A stretch of DNA of 64,000 bases from a virus (lineage: Duplodnaviria > Caudoviricetes). Where the stretch lies: IMG/VR virus record IMGVR_UViG_3300028048_001169, positions 32,001 through 96,000 of that record; one strand, given 5' to 3'. Below are positions 1 to 10,610 of the stretch, piece after piece. Within the stretch, counting starts at the first letter, position 1. Each line of letters begins with the position of its first letter. Position numbers and translations under genes: made by a program. Under the pieces are notes generated by a model, which did no database searches, had not been told where the DNA came from, and saw only the letters and a list, made by a program, of their open reading frames with translations.

Positions 1-1
1 T

Positions 2-406
2 TCATTACAAGAGTCTACTACGTACATGGGTTATTCTTTATTATCAGAAGCACCAGAGGATGATAATCAGCAGAACAATACAAATATGCAGCAATCTACA
101 ACTGTAGATAAGAATGCTAGTAATAAATCAGTTCCTGCGGATCCTAATGATCCTAAGAATGGTGATAAAAAGAATAACAATACAGAAGATCGTAAGAATA
201 TTGTCACTTACTATAAAGCATGTACTGCTATCTTCTCAGCTGAATTAAGAACTTGTATTAAGATTGAAACACGAGCTGCAAAATTGGTAAATGATTATAT
301 CAATCTTCAAGGAGGTAATGAAGGTGATAATAATCAGCAGCAGAATAATAACAACCAGAATCAAGAGAATAATAATGGTGGTGGAAGTACCGTTATTCAG
401 AAATAA
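2..406 (+). CDS. 3' end of a gene starting upstream of the window; probable virion/head protein
   Basis: Frame is open from nt 2 (SLQESTTYMG...). Has LQE/S and LSE/A motifs like prohead-protease sites, N/Q-rich linkers and a terminator downstream. Confidence 0.55.
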   Translation, partial: SLQESTTYMGYSLLSEAPEDDNQQNNTNMQQSTTVDKNASNKSVPADPNDPKNGDKKNNNTEDRKNIVTYYKACTAIFSAELRTCIKIETRAAKLVNDYINLQGGNEGDNNQQQNNNNQNQENNNGGGSTVIQK

Positions 407-412
407 AAGAAA

Positions 413-439
413 CCCAGTAGGATATCAATTCCTACTGGG
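413..439. terminator. Bidirectional intrinsic terminator
   Basis: CCCAGTAGGA-7nt-TCCTACTGGG between convergent genes. Confidence 0.8.
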
Positions 440-448
440 ATCTTTATA

Positions 449-925
449 TTATTCATCTTCTTCAGCATCAATATCTTCTTCGTCAGACTCTTCTTCATCG
501 GATTCTTCTGTTATATCAGAAGTATCAGAATCTTCTTCTAGTTTACTACCGTATTTCATCTGTAAGTAATCACTAATAACAGAGAAACCAATCTTCATTG
601 TATTCTCTGTAGCAGATTTGATGATATATCCACCAATTACAGTAATAAACATATTGTAGACTTCATTCATATAAGTCTCTAATGGTCCTAATTCCCCAGA
701 TTTAATGAAATTAACCGTAATCATAGCAGTAATAAAGATATTTGCTAATACAAATATACCAAAGGATATCTGAACACATTTCTTTGTAAAAGTTACTGTC
801 CAATCAAAGAATCCAAAACTACGACGAATAGTTTTATTCTTTTCTCCATTTGATATTACTTTATTGCTTATTTTACTACTTTTATTCTTCCATCGAGATA
901 TATTAGGCTTATAATATCTGCTCAT
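449..925 (-). CDS. Two-TM membrane protein with acidic tail, possibly holin-like
   Basis: AGGAGG RBS, two hydrophobic segments, GGYIIKSATEN motif, TACA-N6-TA promoter at 951-962. Confidence 0.5.
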   Translation of the reverse strand: MSRYYKPNISRWKNKSSKISNKVISNGEKNKTIRRSFGFFDWTVTFTKKCVQISFGIFVLANIFITAMITVNFIKSGELGPLETYMNEVYNMFITVIGGYIIKSATENTMKIGFSVISDYLQMKYGSKLEEDSDTSDITEESDEEESDEEDIDAEEDE

Positions 926-986
926 ATAAAAATACCTCCTTTCTTTGTATTATAAAAATGTAATTTGTAAAAGTTGCATTTTTAAG

Positions 987-997
987 TTATATACTAT
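987..997 (+). promoter_or_regulatory. Early-type phage promoter, variant TTATATACTAT
   Basis: Two mismatches to TCATATATTAT; intergenic, upstream of 1055. Confidence 0.55.
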
Positions 998-1054
998 AAC
1001 AGTGATTAGAGATACGAGTGTATCTTAATCAGGGGTTAAGGAGGCCCTTATATT

Positions 1055-1471
1055 ATGGCAAACTTTTTTGAAGATGCAATTAAGGCAACAACAGAATTTG
1101 TAACAGAAAATGCAACAACACTTATCGTTGGTGCAGTATGTGGCGTCGGTGGATTTGTAGTAGGTAATTCAGTAGCTTCATCTGATACAGATGAGAAGAA
1201 AGAGGAAAAGAAGGAAGATAAGAAGGAGACTCCTATTACTACCAAGGAGGAGTTTCTTAAGTCATTAACTCCAGAAGATCTTAAGAATCTTATGGATATG
1301 ATGATGAAGGCAGCTGAAGAAGAGGAAGCTAAGGAAGAAGAAGTACTTAAGGAAGCTGAAGCCGAGAAGGTTGAAACGCCTAAGGAAGAAAAGGCTAAGG
1401 CTGAGAAGGCAGAAGCACCTAAGGAAGAAGCTAAACCTGAAAAGGTGGAAGGAGAAGTTGTTAACAACTAA
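1055..1471 (+). CDS. Membrane-anchored E/K-rich early protein
   Basis: AAGGAGG RBS, N-terminal hydrophobic helix, charged low-complexity tail. Confidence 0.7.
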   Translation: MANFFEDAIKATTEFVTENATTLIVGAVCGVGGFVVGNSVASSDTDEKKEEKKEDKKETPITTKEEFLKSLTPEDLKNLMDMMMKAAEEEEAKEEEVLKEAEAEKVETPKEEKAKAEKAEAPKEEAKPEKVEGEVVNN

Positions 1472-1500
1472 TCCTTCATCTATCTCTTCCGGAAAAGATA

Positions 1501-1538
1501 GAGAGGCGTCGTAATGATGCCTCCCTTTTCTTTTTTTT
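1501..1538 (+). terminator. Intrinsic terminator
   Basis: GAGGCGTC-GTAAT-GATGCCTC followed by a T-run. Confidence 0.75.
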
Positions 1539-3783
1539 ATAAATCTTTGAACTGGTCGAATAAGTTACCATGTAGAACTTTTTGTTGCTGATTATAGTAT
1601 TCATAATCATCATCTGGATCTACATTTCCAAATAAACTTGTTGGTAGTTCTACAAAATCAATGCCTCCAGCCATACCTGTAGGATCAATGTGATACTTCT
1701 CCATATAGGCTTCTTTTGCTGGTTGATTCATATCGAGCATTAATTTTAAACTAGCTTGATCTGCTTCATATGAAGCTCTATTAAACTCATTTGCTAGTTT
1801 ATACTTCGATGCATCTGCGATATAATTCAATTGGTATTTAATTTCATCATTCTCCATATCTGATGTATCTTGAATCTCAATGGTTGTTTTTCCACCATCT
1901 TCTTGTTCAATGATATCATCAGTTATCTCTACATCCTCATCTGTTTTAATTGTATTCTTTTGAATACCAAAATTCTCTGCAAGATTTTCTCCATCATACC
2001 ATACACGAATTGCATGTAGATAGCTGAAAATTTGATCATCATGATGAGGAGCAATTGCTTGTACTTTACCATGTTTATCTACAACAATGGTTTGCATCTC
2101 ATGTAATAAGATAGGAGATATGAATTTATCCTTATGGAATGATACACGTTCGTATAGCAACTCAATCATACGAGCACGTATTTGTTTCGTAGAATCTGTA
2201 CCATATACTTTAACACGTTGTTTCTTTCTGGTAAGATGGACTCCGTTAAAGGATTCTTCAATCGTCTTATCTTTCCATTCAAAGTATAGATTCTTTTTGA
2301 TTGATGTCTTTGCTAATATCTGAATAACTGTTATACCAAAGCCACCATTCTTTTCAATATTAACAATAGCATTTGGCATAAACTTTGTTACGAGTGTATA
2401 AATTAAGTCAGCTAATTCATCAGCAGGAATAAAGTTACAGTTGAAATCTGCTACAACTCTTGTACTTACACTATCAATGATTGTAATGGCTGATGAATCA
2501 TTCATTAATGCACCTGAGACATCGACACCTATAATTGGTGGGAATCGTAAATCAATATCCTCATATACATTAAAGATATATCGATTACCTCTTCCAAAGA
2601 ATAACTTACGAATTGGCTCTCTAGTAAAGTCTTTTATTCGCTCGAGATCCTCTTTACTAAATGGACAATTATCTGAAATTTCAGCCCACTCTAATAATAC
2701 TTCTCGTCGAATCTTTAACCAGTTATTCTGTAACTCGATAACCATTCGTTTAAAGTATTCTTCACCACGACCTAATTGTTTGTAAGAGAATGATACTAAG
2801 AAGAATGATGATTTTGTATTAGCTTTATGAAGTTCATCTAATTCATTGAAACTCAAAGCATAGTATTCATCAACCCACCGTGTAGCATTATTTCTTACAG
2901 TATATGCTTCATTACCTTCATCGGTTGTTAAATCGCCAGGTGTAGTTGTAATCATAATACCATAATGAGCACCTACACTAGCAGCAATTTCTGATGCTGT
3001 GGAGAACGCTGGTACCGCTGCAGAATATACAATTTCATTGTAAGCCATGAACGCATACTCATCGAAATATATAAATGGTGCTGTTTTACCACGGGCAATC
3101 TTATCAGCTTGCTCTTTACTTCTAGCACTAGGAAGTGTTACGATAGTATTATTATTTACAATATTCGTAGCAGTCTCTACAGTATTCGGTACTTTTATTT
3201 TTTTACCATTTGAACCTATGGCTTCCTGTTTCATCTGTAAGTATTCTGGTAAAGCATCTCGTAATTCTTTTAGCGTCTTTAAGTTATCTTTAGCTCCACC
3301 ATGATCTTTATGATAGTATAAGATCTTAGAGTTACGAGCTGCAAATAAGAAAATCCACAGATAACAACACTGTGCACCGATGGTCTTACCGAACTGTCGA
3401 GGTTGCTCATTAAATTGAGATATATTTCTCTCAAATAAATAAGTCATTGCCATATTACCTCGGTGTAATTCGTATGGTACATTACCATCTGCTCGAGGAA
3501 TACGTACACATTCTCGTAAGAAATACCAAACGTTTCTTCCACATTCGATTGCTATACGCATCTTAATATCAGAACGTAATAATGGATCGAATGGATCTAC
3601 TCCAATTAATCCTAGATCATAAGTTCTAAGCATAAAATCTGCTCGGAAATTAGGAATACCAATATTTAATAGATAATAATACATATCAATAAATGTATGG
3701 TTGGTTGTTTCTAACGATACATGATATGGTAATGGTTGTTGTGGTTGTACAGTTCCTGCATTATTAGGCTGGTTATTAGCCAT
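1537..3783 (-). CDS. terL: Terminase large subunit
   Basis: Walker A PRQFGKT, Walker B IYFDE, nuclease motifs IGVDVS and HDD; start moved to the ATG after GGAGG. Confidence 0.92.
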   Translation of the reverse strand: MANNQPNNAGTVQPQQPLPYHVSLETTNHTFIDMYYYLLNIGIPNFRADFMLRTYDLGLIGVDPFDPLLRSDIKMRIAIECGRNVWYFLRECVRIPRADGNVPYELHRGNMAMTYLFERNISQFNEQPRQFGKTIGAQCCYLWIFLFAARNSKILYYHKDHGGAKDNLKTLKELRDALPEYLQMKQEAIGSNGKKIKVPNTVETATNIVNNNTIVTLPSARSKEQADKIARGKTAPFIYFDEYAFMAYNEIVYSAAVPAFSTASEIAASVGAHYGIMITTTPGDLTTDEGNEAYTVRNNATRWVDEYYALSFNELDELHKANTKSSFFLVSFSYKQLGRGEEYFKRMVIELQNNWLKIRREVLLEWAEISDNCPFSKEDLERIKDFTREPIRKLFFGRGNRYIFNVYEDIDLRFPPIIGVDVSGALMNDSSAITIIDSVSTRVVADFNCNFIPADELADLIYTLVTKFMPNAIVNIEKNGGFGITVIQILAKTSIKKNLYFEWKDKTIEESFNGVHLTRKKQRVKVYGTDSTKQIRARMIELLYERVSFHKDKFISPILLHEMQTIVVDKHGKVQAIAPHHDDQIFSYLHAIRVWYDGENLAENFGIQKNTIKTDEDVEITDDIIEQEDGGKTTIEIQDTSDMENDEIKYQLNYIADASKYKLANEFNRASYEADQASLKLMLDMNQPAKEAYMEKYHIDPTGMAGGIDFVELPTSLFGNVDPDDDYEYYNQQQKVLHGNLFDQFKDL

Positions 3784-3875
3784 TTTAAACCCTCCTTCCA
3801 TTATAAGGCTTTTATACAGAAGTTAAAACTATAATCATTCCACTAATATATAAATACAAAAAGGAGGTATTTATT

Positions 3876-4565
3876 ATGAATTATTCAGATATTGTTGTTA
3901 TTGTAGTATTGGCGTTAATGGTAGGATTTGTCGTAATTAAAAAGCTATTGGACGATAAGAGTAAAAATGAATTGAAGCAATTTTTATCTTACATCAGCGA
4001 TAAATTCGAGAAGATCATTCTTGATTATGTAAAGAAGGTTGATTTTAGCAGCATCACTTCTATTGCTCAGGTTGAGCAATCTATTATTAATGATCTAATG
4101 GATACACTGTGGGATATTACTCAGTCAGAGCTTGCTTCTTACACATCAAATCAACTTGTAAAGTACATTATAGAGAAATCTCTGACCATTGATAATGTAA
4201 GAGGATTGGCAGAGCATATCTTTACATCTAGTTCACAAGTACAAAAAGTTTACACAGCACGTTATGGTGCAGTATTAGCAGCTCATATTGAACATGCTGA
4301 AGAGGAAGAACGATTAGCAGTTGATGAACTTACAGCTATTACCACTGGTATAGAGAAGGGAAACAAGATTGACTATGAAGTAAATCCTATGAATCCTGGT
4401 CCATTGCTGGACAATACAGAAGTTGTACAAAAGATCAATAATCCAGTGGATAAAGAGGAAGAAGATTTGGATTCTGCTATCGAAGATGGTACAGCTGAAG
4501 TTGTCTCTACGGAAGAAGAGGTTGTAGATGACGTCATTGCAAGTATCAACGAGAAAGTTGAATAA
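3876..4565 (+). CDS. Hypothetical protein with N-terminal TM anchor
   Basis: AGGAGG RBS, hydrophobic N-terminus, terminator at 4605-4635. Confidence 0.75.
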   Translation: MNYSDIVVIVVLALMVGFVVIKKLLDDKSKNELKQFLSYISDKFEKIILDYVKKVDFSSITSIAQVEQSIINDLMDTLWDITQSELASYTSNQLVKYIIEKSLTIDNVRGLAEHIFTSSSQVQKVYTARYGAVLAAHIEHAEEEERLAVDELTAITTGIEKGNKIDYEVNPMNPGPLLDNTEVVQKINNPVDKEEEDLDSAIEDGTAEVVSTEEEVVDDVIASINEKVE

Positions 4566-4704
4566 GCTGGATACATTGTGATCTGTATAAACCGATATTT
4601 TTATGGTGAGTAGAGGAAAATTCTACTCACCTTTTATATGTAAAATATTACATTTTACTTGACAAATATGTAATTATTGATTCAGATCAGGAGGAGTTAC
4701 AAAA

Positions 4705-5157
4705 ATGGACTGTGAAAATTGTAGATTAAAGAATCTCTGTAAGTATACAGAGGCATTTTCATCATTGGTTGAAAATGTACACAAAGTTGCATGTGATGAT
4801 AATTTAGAGAATGTTGTTGATGTTATAGTTAAATGTAAATTCTTTGAACAGAATACGCCTGTAACAAAACTCACGGTGACAGATTCAAAACTAGCAAAAG
4901 AAGGTATAGATGAATACTTAAAAATGAAGGATGAAAGATCATACGTGTATGAAAAGAAACCTGTTAATAGAACACCTTTATCAGAAGATAGTATTCTATA
5001 CAATGCTTCTCAAGATATGGCTAAATTTGTTCAAGAGAATATGTCAGAAAATAAAAAATCAACGTTAATGGATACAGTGAAGAATGCTGCTACAAATATA
5101 AAGGAATCATTCAAAGATACGATGAATGATATGCATCAATACAGTGAAGAAAACTGA
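4705..5157 (+). CDS. Hypothetical protein, N-terminal Cys motif
   Basis: AGGAGGAG RBS, CENC...C. Confidence 0.7.
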   Translation: MDCENCRLKNLCKYTEAFSSLVENVHKVACDDNLENVVDVIVKCKFFEQNTPVTKLTVTDSKLAKEGIDEYLKMKDERSYVYEKKPVNRTPLSEDSILYNASQDMAKFVQENMSENKKSTLMDTVKNAATNIKESFKDTMNDMHQYSEEN

Positions 5158-5228
5158 ATATAGTTGAGGTACTGCTAATAACATTAAGAAGGATGAAAAT
5201 ATATGAATAAATTTAGGAGAAAGACTTA

Positions 5229-5690
5229 ATGGAATTTGAATTTGAGATACCCGGACCTAGTATGGGAAAACAACGTCCTCGATTTGTACGTAGAGGACGA
5301 TTTGTTAGTACATATACACCTAAGAAAACATTAGACTATCAGAAGACTGTTGTAGATAGTTTTAATGAAGTTGCATATGGTAGAAAGTTAGAAGGAGCTG
5401 TTAAAGCAGAAGTATGTGCTATATATGAGCCGCCTAAATCTATTTCTAAAAAGAAGAGACAAGAAATGCTTGATGGTAAGATTCCTTTTACAAAAAAGCC
5501 AGATGTAGATAATATATTAAAGAGTGTATTCGATGGATTAAATGATATTGCATATCAAGATGATTGTGCAATTGATGATGCACATATAACAAAATGCTAC
5601 GGTGAAGTAGCAAAATGTCAGGTAAGATTATCTGACAAAAAACACATTGTAAAACCACTGTTCAAAATGGAAAAGGAGAAAGATATATGA
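5229..5690 (+). CDS. rusA: RusA-family Holliday junction resolvase
   Basis: KQRPRF, YTPKKT, KKPDVDNILKSVFDGLN...YQDD motifs. Confidence 0.9.
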   Translation: MEFEFEIPGPSMGKQRPRFVRRGRFVSTYTPKKTLDYQKTVVDSFNEVAYGRKLEGAVKAEVCAIYEPPKSISKKKRQEMLDGKIPFTKKPDVDNILKSVFDGLNDIAYQDDCAIDDAHITKCYGEVAKCQVRLSDKKHIVKPLFKMEKEKDI

Positions 5691-6127
5691 TGAATGAACA
5701 AAAACCACCAGTTAATATTAGCACATGCTATCATATCAAAGAGTTATTTCATAATGCTCTTTGTAATGTAGAATTCCAATCCGATTTTATAGAATTCTTA
5801 GGAAATGAATCAAATATTAGATTTAGAAATAACTTTAAATCGTTTAGCTGGGATCATGCATCTAGAACTGCTATTATCACACTAAATGGTGCTGGAGATA
5901 TTGCAGCAATAGAGAATTGTATTGCTGAGTTGCGTGATATTATTAGTCGTTATATGCTACACGTTTATCTAACCCCACAGTTAAAGCATTACTTCTATAT
6001 TTATAATCCTGAATATCTAAAAGAATTTAACAATTTAATAGAGAAAAATGTAGGTGAAATATCACTCTACGCTTTTGATGTGCTTGATTTTTCTACATCA
6101 GAATATATTGCATTGAAGATCGTGTAA
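5687..6127 (+). CDS. Hypothetical protein
   Basis: AAGGAG RBS, ATGA overlap with rusA. Confidence 0.7.
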   Translation: MMNEQKPPVNISTCYHIKELFHNALCNVEFQSDFIEFLGNESNIRFRNNFKSFSWDHASRTAIITLNGAGDIAAIENCIAELRDIISRYMLHVYLTPQLKHYFYIYNPEYLKEFNNLIEKNVGEISLYAFDVLDFSTSEYIALKIV

Positions 6128-6152
6128 TATAGTAAAATCCTACAAAATCAGT

Positions 6153-6164
6153 AACAATACTATA
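6153..6164 (+). promoter_or_regulatory. Late-type promoter AACA-N6-TA
   Basis: AACA-ATACTA-TA upstream of 6215. Confidence 0.6.
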
Positions 6165-6214
6165 CAAATATACATATAGTAACCATTTATATTTATCAAG
6201 GAGGAAACATTATT

Positions 6215-6973
6215 ATGGCATTAGGAGATTCAAGAAACAACAACCAGAGACGTTTTGAGACTACTTATTATTCAGGAACAAGAATCCGTAATTATTCAGA
6301 TCATACAGCTCTGAATTTTTCATTCTCTAGCGGTTTATTAAGAATTAGCATTGCTGTAGAGAATGAGCAGCATCGTTATGATGATAAGATTACTGCTAAT
6401 ATTACACCAAATAAAGCACAGATCTTACTAGCAGCAATTAAGCAGATGCTTGAAGAGAATGATGAAATGAAGGCTTATGGAACTACTTTAGGTATTTCTG
6501 AGATCCAGACTGCTATTGCTGTACAGTCTAAAGATGGTAATCGTTATCTTAGAATTGCAAAAGTTGCATCTGATGGTACTGTTACTGATCAGGCTACATT
6601 TACATTCCCTGTTAACACTAACAGTTATCTTACATGGTCAGATTTTGATGGTATGCAGTTTGGTAAGACGAATGTAGAAGATCTTGAGTTCAATTCATTC
6701 TGTAAGATTCTTGCTGATTTTGCAGATGGAATGTCTGGTGCTCTTGGTTATGGTACATTGTACATGAATCGTTATCAGGAAAGTAGCTTAACAAATAAGG
6801 TTAATGCTGCTCTTGAGAAGTTAGGAGTTCCAGTAGGAACAACAAACAATATTCAGCGTAGATCAAACAATAGTGGTTTTTTCAATGGTAATGCTGATGA
6901 GCCTAGAGGAACATCAAACCATGTAAACTATTCTGATATTGATAATATGCTCGGAGATGATGATGACGAGTAA
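6215..6973 (+). CDS. Putative single-stranded DNA-binding protein
   Basis: Beta-rich body, flexible N/G linker, acidic tail GDDDDE, high-expression codon use. Confidence 0.5.
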   Translation: MALGDSRNNNQRRFETTYYSGTRIRNYSDHTALNFSFSSGLLRISIAVENEQHRYDDKITANITPNKAQILLAAIKQMLEENDEMKAYGTTLGISEIQTAIAVQSKDGNRYLRIAKVASDGTVTDQATFTFPVNTNSYLTWSDFDGMQFGKTNVEDLEFNSFCKILADFADGMSGALGYGTLYMNRYQESSLTNKVNAALEKLGVPVGTTNNIQRRSNNSGFFNGNADEPRGTSNHVNYSDIDNMLGDDDDE

Positions 6974-6984
6974 GGAGTTATATT

Positions 6985-7683
6985 ATGGCTCGTGAAATTC
7001 ACATGGGTGAAGGAGATGTAAGGGGAATCATTAAACCATTGATTCCCTTCTCCTGTATCTTTGACACAGACATTGGATTAGTGCAACTTATATTAGAAGA
7101 ATATGCTTCTGAAGAATATTTTGATCTTCAGAAGATGTATGATTTATCTGAGGATAGAAAGCAATTAATAAAATTCTTATATCAGAGAGAACATGAAAAT
7201 CCTTTGGTAGAGTTTGCACAGCCTGGTATATCAACTGATGTAATGGATGATTTATATCGACAGTTTATGGAAAGTGAATACGAAAGAATAATAGAAGGTT
7301 CTGTACATTCAGGATTATATGAACTTCTATGTGCTTTTAATTCTGCTGAAGAAGTGAGAACATTCATTTACTGTAATAATGATATAGAAAAATACTATAT
7401 CAAATCTGATGAAAATCTGAATAGTATGACCATTGTTGATATTGGTAATATTGATACGTATAAGAATGAATTTACAGCATTCTTTTTCAAATCCGTCAAT
7501 AGCGGATTGTTTAGAGACATTATCATATCATCACCATTGAAATCGATCTATATTTTAGATTATGGATTTAATTTTGATCATGGTAATCTAAAGAATTCGA
7601 TTCAGATAGTAGCATCAGAAATACAACACTGTACTTTGAATATTATTAATGCTTATGATATCAATAGATTAGAAGGGAATTAA
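6985..7683 (+). CDS. Hypothetical protein, possible HAD-like fold
   Basis: IFDTD motif near the N-terminus; RBS TAAGGAG. Confidence 0.6.
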   Translation: MAREIHMGEGDVRGIIKPLIPFSCIFDTDIGLVQLILEEYASEEYFDLQKMYDLSEDRKQLIKFLYQREHENPLVEFAQPGISTDVMDDLYRQFMESEYERIIEGSVHSGLYELLCAFNSAEEVRTFIYCNNDIEKYYIKSDENLNSMTIVDIGNIDTYKNEFTAFFFKSVNSGLFRDIIISSPLKSIYILDYGFNFDHGNLKNSIQIVASEIQHCTLNIINAYDINRLEGN

Positions 7684-7688
7684 AAAAA

Positions 7689-9548
7689 ATGGAATTTACT
7701 AGAGAAGATTTTAATGCAATTTTAAATGAGGGTTCAACAGAGTCTGTAGAAGAAACTTCTACAGAAGTTGGTGTTAAAGAGCTCTGCATGGATAATGTTG
7801 TATCAAAGGACAAGTTACGTTCAGTTCAGGGTAAGACTCTGAATAAGCTTGCTGAGTATATTCAGGCTACATATGGACCTCTTGGTTCTAATACTATGAT
7901 CGTTAGTGGTAATAATAAGCAGACAATTCTGTCTAATTATTCCAAAGATGGTTTGAAGGTACTGAAGCACATTATCTTCAGTGAACCTCTTGAGATGGCA
8001 ATTCAGTCAGAGATCGAGAATATTGCTCGTTTCGTAGAACGTAAAGTAGGTGATGGTACAACATCTTCTATTATTCTTTCTTCTGAGATCTTTGATGGAT
8101 TATCTGAGATCGAAAAGGAGTTCAAGATTCCACCTCGTAAGTTGATCAAGTTATTTGATCGTTGTGTAAAGGATCTTCAAGAAGAAATTCGTTCTAGAGG
8201 TAGAGAGATTACATTAGATGATATCTATAAGATCTGTATGATTTCTACTAATGGTAATGAATCAATCTCTAAGGTTATTGAGAATCTCTATATGCAGTTT
8301 GGATTTGATGTACAGATTGATGTAGGTATTTCTAATGATTCTGATTCTAAGGTAAAGATCTATGATGGAGCTACAATCGATGAGGGATATTTAGACGATT
8401 GTTATATCAATCGTATGAGCAATGCTACTTGTGAGATCCGTAATGCTAGAATTTATTACTTTGCAGATCCTATCGATACAGCAGAGATGCTTACATTCTT
8501 AGATAAGATTCTTCTGGATAATATCTTTAGTCCATTAGAAGAAGGTAGAGAACCAGTTCCTACAGTAATTCTTTCTACACATATTACCAGAGATGGTTCT
8601 GCATTAATGCGTAAGTTATCTGAGGCTCTTCATAGTTATGATGGTGCTAACCAGATTGAGATGAAACCACCTGTATTGATCGTATCCGATATTTCTGGTG
8701 TTGGTGTTGGCGTTGCTGATGATATTGCTTATCTTTGTGATTGTAAGCCTATTGTTAAGTATATTGATCCTAAGACTCAGAAAGCAGATCAGGAAAAGGG
8801 AGAAGCTCCTACTATTGAGAATATTGCTGAGTGGTGTGGATATGCTGAGCAGGTTATTGCTGATGCTGATAAGACAAAGTTTATTAACCCTAAGTCTATG
8901 CAGAATGCTGATGATAAGAAGTATGAATCTCGTATTAACTTCTTAAAAGCTCAGATCAAGAAAGCTGAAGCTAATAACGATGACCACCTTACAATTGGTC
9001 GTCTTAAGAAAAGACTTCGTTTAATTGAGGGTAATATGATTGAGTATCTTATTGGTGGTATTGCTGAATCTGATCGAGATGCAGTTAAGGATCTTGTAGA
9101 GGATGCTGTTAAGAACTGTGCATCTGCATCTAGTACTGGTGTAGGATATGCTGCTAACTTCGAAGGTCTTCGTGCTTCTATGATGGCTTGGAAGCAGCAT
9201 CATGATAGAGATAAAGAAAACTCAGATGATATTATTATCTATCGCATCAAGTCTATTATCGCAAAGGCTTATTACAATGCAGCTCAGATCTTATACTCAA
9301 CAGCTGTTGATAATTTCGATGATGCAGAAGTCCTGATCTACAATAGTATTACAAATGATCAGCCTTATAATATTGCAACTGTATTTGATTATGGTACAGA
9401 GAATATTGATGATATTCCATTCGATGGTAATGTACTTTGTAGTATCAGTACAGATATTGAAATCTTAGAGGCTATTGATAAGATCGTTACAATTATGGTA
9501 ACAGCTAATCAGGCTCTGGTTCAGGTACCAACACTCAATAGATATTAA
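7689..9548 (+). CDS. Phage GroEL-like chaperonin
   Basis: TYGPLG, SKDG..VLK and VGDGTTS ATP-binding motifs; 619 aa. Confidence 0.9.
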   Translation: MEFTREDFNAILNEGSTESVEETSTEVGVKELCMDNVVSKDKLRSVQGKTLNKLAEYIQATYGPLGSNTMIVSGNNKQTILSNYSKDGLKVLKHIIFSEPLEMAIQSEIENIARFVERKVGDGTTSSIILSSEIFDGLSEIEKEFKIPPRKLIKLFDRCVKDLQEEIRSRGREITLDDIYKICMISTNGNESISKVIENLYMQFGFDVQIDVGISNDSDSKVKIYDGATIDEGYLDDCYINRMSNATCEIRNARIYYFADPIDTAEMLTFLDKILLDNIFSPLEEGREPVPTVILSTHITRDGSALMRKLSEALHSYDGANQIEMKPPVLIVSDISGVGVGVADDIAYLCDCKPIVKYIDPKTQKADQEKGEAPTIENIAEWCGYAEQVIADADKTKFINPKSMQNADDKKYESRINFLKAQIKKAEANNDDHLTIGRLKKRLRLIEGNMIEYLIGGIAESDRDAVKDLVEDAVKNCASASSTGVGYAANFEGLRASMMAWKQHHDRDKENSDDIIIYRIKSIIAKAYYNAAQILYSTAVDNFDDAEVLIYNSITNDQPYNIATVFDYGTENIDDIPFDGNVLCSISTDIEILEAIDKIVTIMVTANQALVQVPTLNRY

Positions 9549-9587
9549 TCTATCACTAAGGGGGAATAGAAATATTCCCCCTTCTTT

Positions 9588-9776
9588 ATGGAGGCATTTA
9601 ATATGGAAGATAACAAAACTAATAACCGACCAATTTACGAATATCGTGGAAAAGAATATCGTGTACCAGAAGAGTGTTATACTAAATACACTGAAGATCT
9701 TGATAAATGTTTTCGTTCCGATATGCAAGGGTGTATCGGATGTCGACGTATGGAGGAGGTAAAACGTGACGTTTGA
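9588..9776 (+). CDS. Small Cys-containing hypothetical protein
   Basis: GGAGG RBS (true start probably the ATG near 9603), CIGC. Confidence 0.55.
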   Translation: MEAFNMEDNKTNNRPIYEYRGKEYRVPEECYTKYTEDLDKCFRSDMQGCIGCRRMEEVKRDV

Positions 9777-10542
9777 AGATTACATTCTAAACCCAATGGG
9801 TAAACAGAATGCAGTGTTATCTGCCATTACAAGAGAATCAATCAGAACGAACTATACTTATCGTTTTGATAATATTCTCTTAAGAGAAGGCGGAAAGATT
9901 CAATACTATAAATATAAGACTTCTAATAATGAATACATTATTCATATTAAGATTCCTTCAGAACCTGTGAAGAAATTCTATTATGATGTCGTATTGAAGT
10001 TTTCTGCTAATGCTGATGTTAAGGGAGCTGGTAAGAACTTATTACTTTATAACTTCCAAGCATTCAGTAATGATCCAGCCTTTGTTTATAACCATGCATA
10101 TGTATTCAAAAAGAATAACTTATTCTTTACTGATATGACTTCTAAGATGGGAAAGCGTCCATTAAAAGAAGAACCTAAAGTAAAGAATCCAGATAAAGTT
10201 GTAGCATATGTAAAGAGTATTTACTTTGCATATTTATATATGAAAAATAGGGGGCTTTTCAAAACAATTGCTTGGGCAGATGCAGCTGCTTATGATAAGA
10301 AGACATTATTGAACAATGTCATGTCTTGTGATGAAAAGATTGCACTCAGAGAAGAAAAAGAAAAAGAGATAAATCATAAGAAGAAAATTGTAGTAGATGA
10401 TAGCTTGGCTAATAGATTATCTCGTAGTAAACAGTTGTCTGATAGTGATAAAGATCGCTTAGTTGTTAGGACTACAAGGAAAGTACCAACTGTTAAAAAG
10501 ATAAAAGCAGTTAACTCTACTAGACGGATCAAGAAAAGATAA
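9766..10542 (+). CDS. Basic hypothetical protein
   Basis: GGAGGAGG RBS, GTG start; lies between chaperonin and sigma-like gene. Confidence 0.75.
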   Translation: MTFEDYILNPMGKQNAVLSAITRESIRTNYTYRFDNILLREGGKIQYYKYKTSNNEYIIHIKIPSEPVKKFYYDVVLKFSANADVKGAGKNLLLYNFQAFSNDPAFVYNHAYVFKKNNLFFTDMTSKMGKRPLKEEPKVKNPDKVVAYVKSIYFAYLYMKNRGLFKTIAWADAAAYDKKTLLNNVMSCDEKIALREEKEKEINHKKKIVVDDSLANRLSRSKQLSDSDKDRLVVRTTRKVPTVKKIKAVNSTRRIKKR

Positions 10543-10554
10543 AATGATTTTAAG

Positions 10555-10565
10555 TCATATATTAT
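10555..10565 (+). promoter_or_regulatory. Early-type promoter TCATATATTAT
   Basis: Exact intergenic copy. Confidence 0.75.
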
Positions 10566-10610
10566 TAATATGGAGCTAATAGAGTGTCATATTTAAAAGG
10601 GAGATAGACA

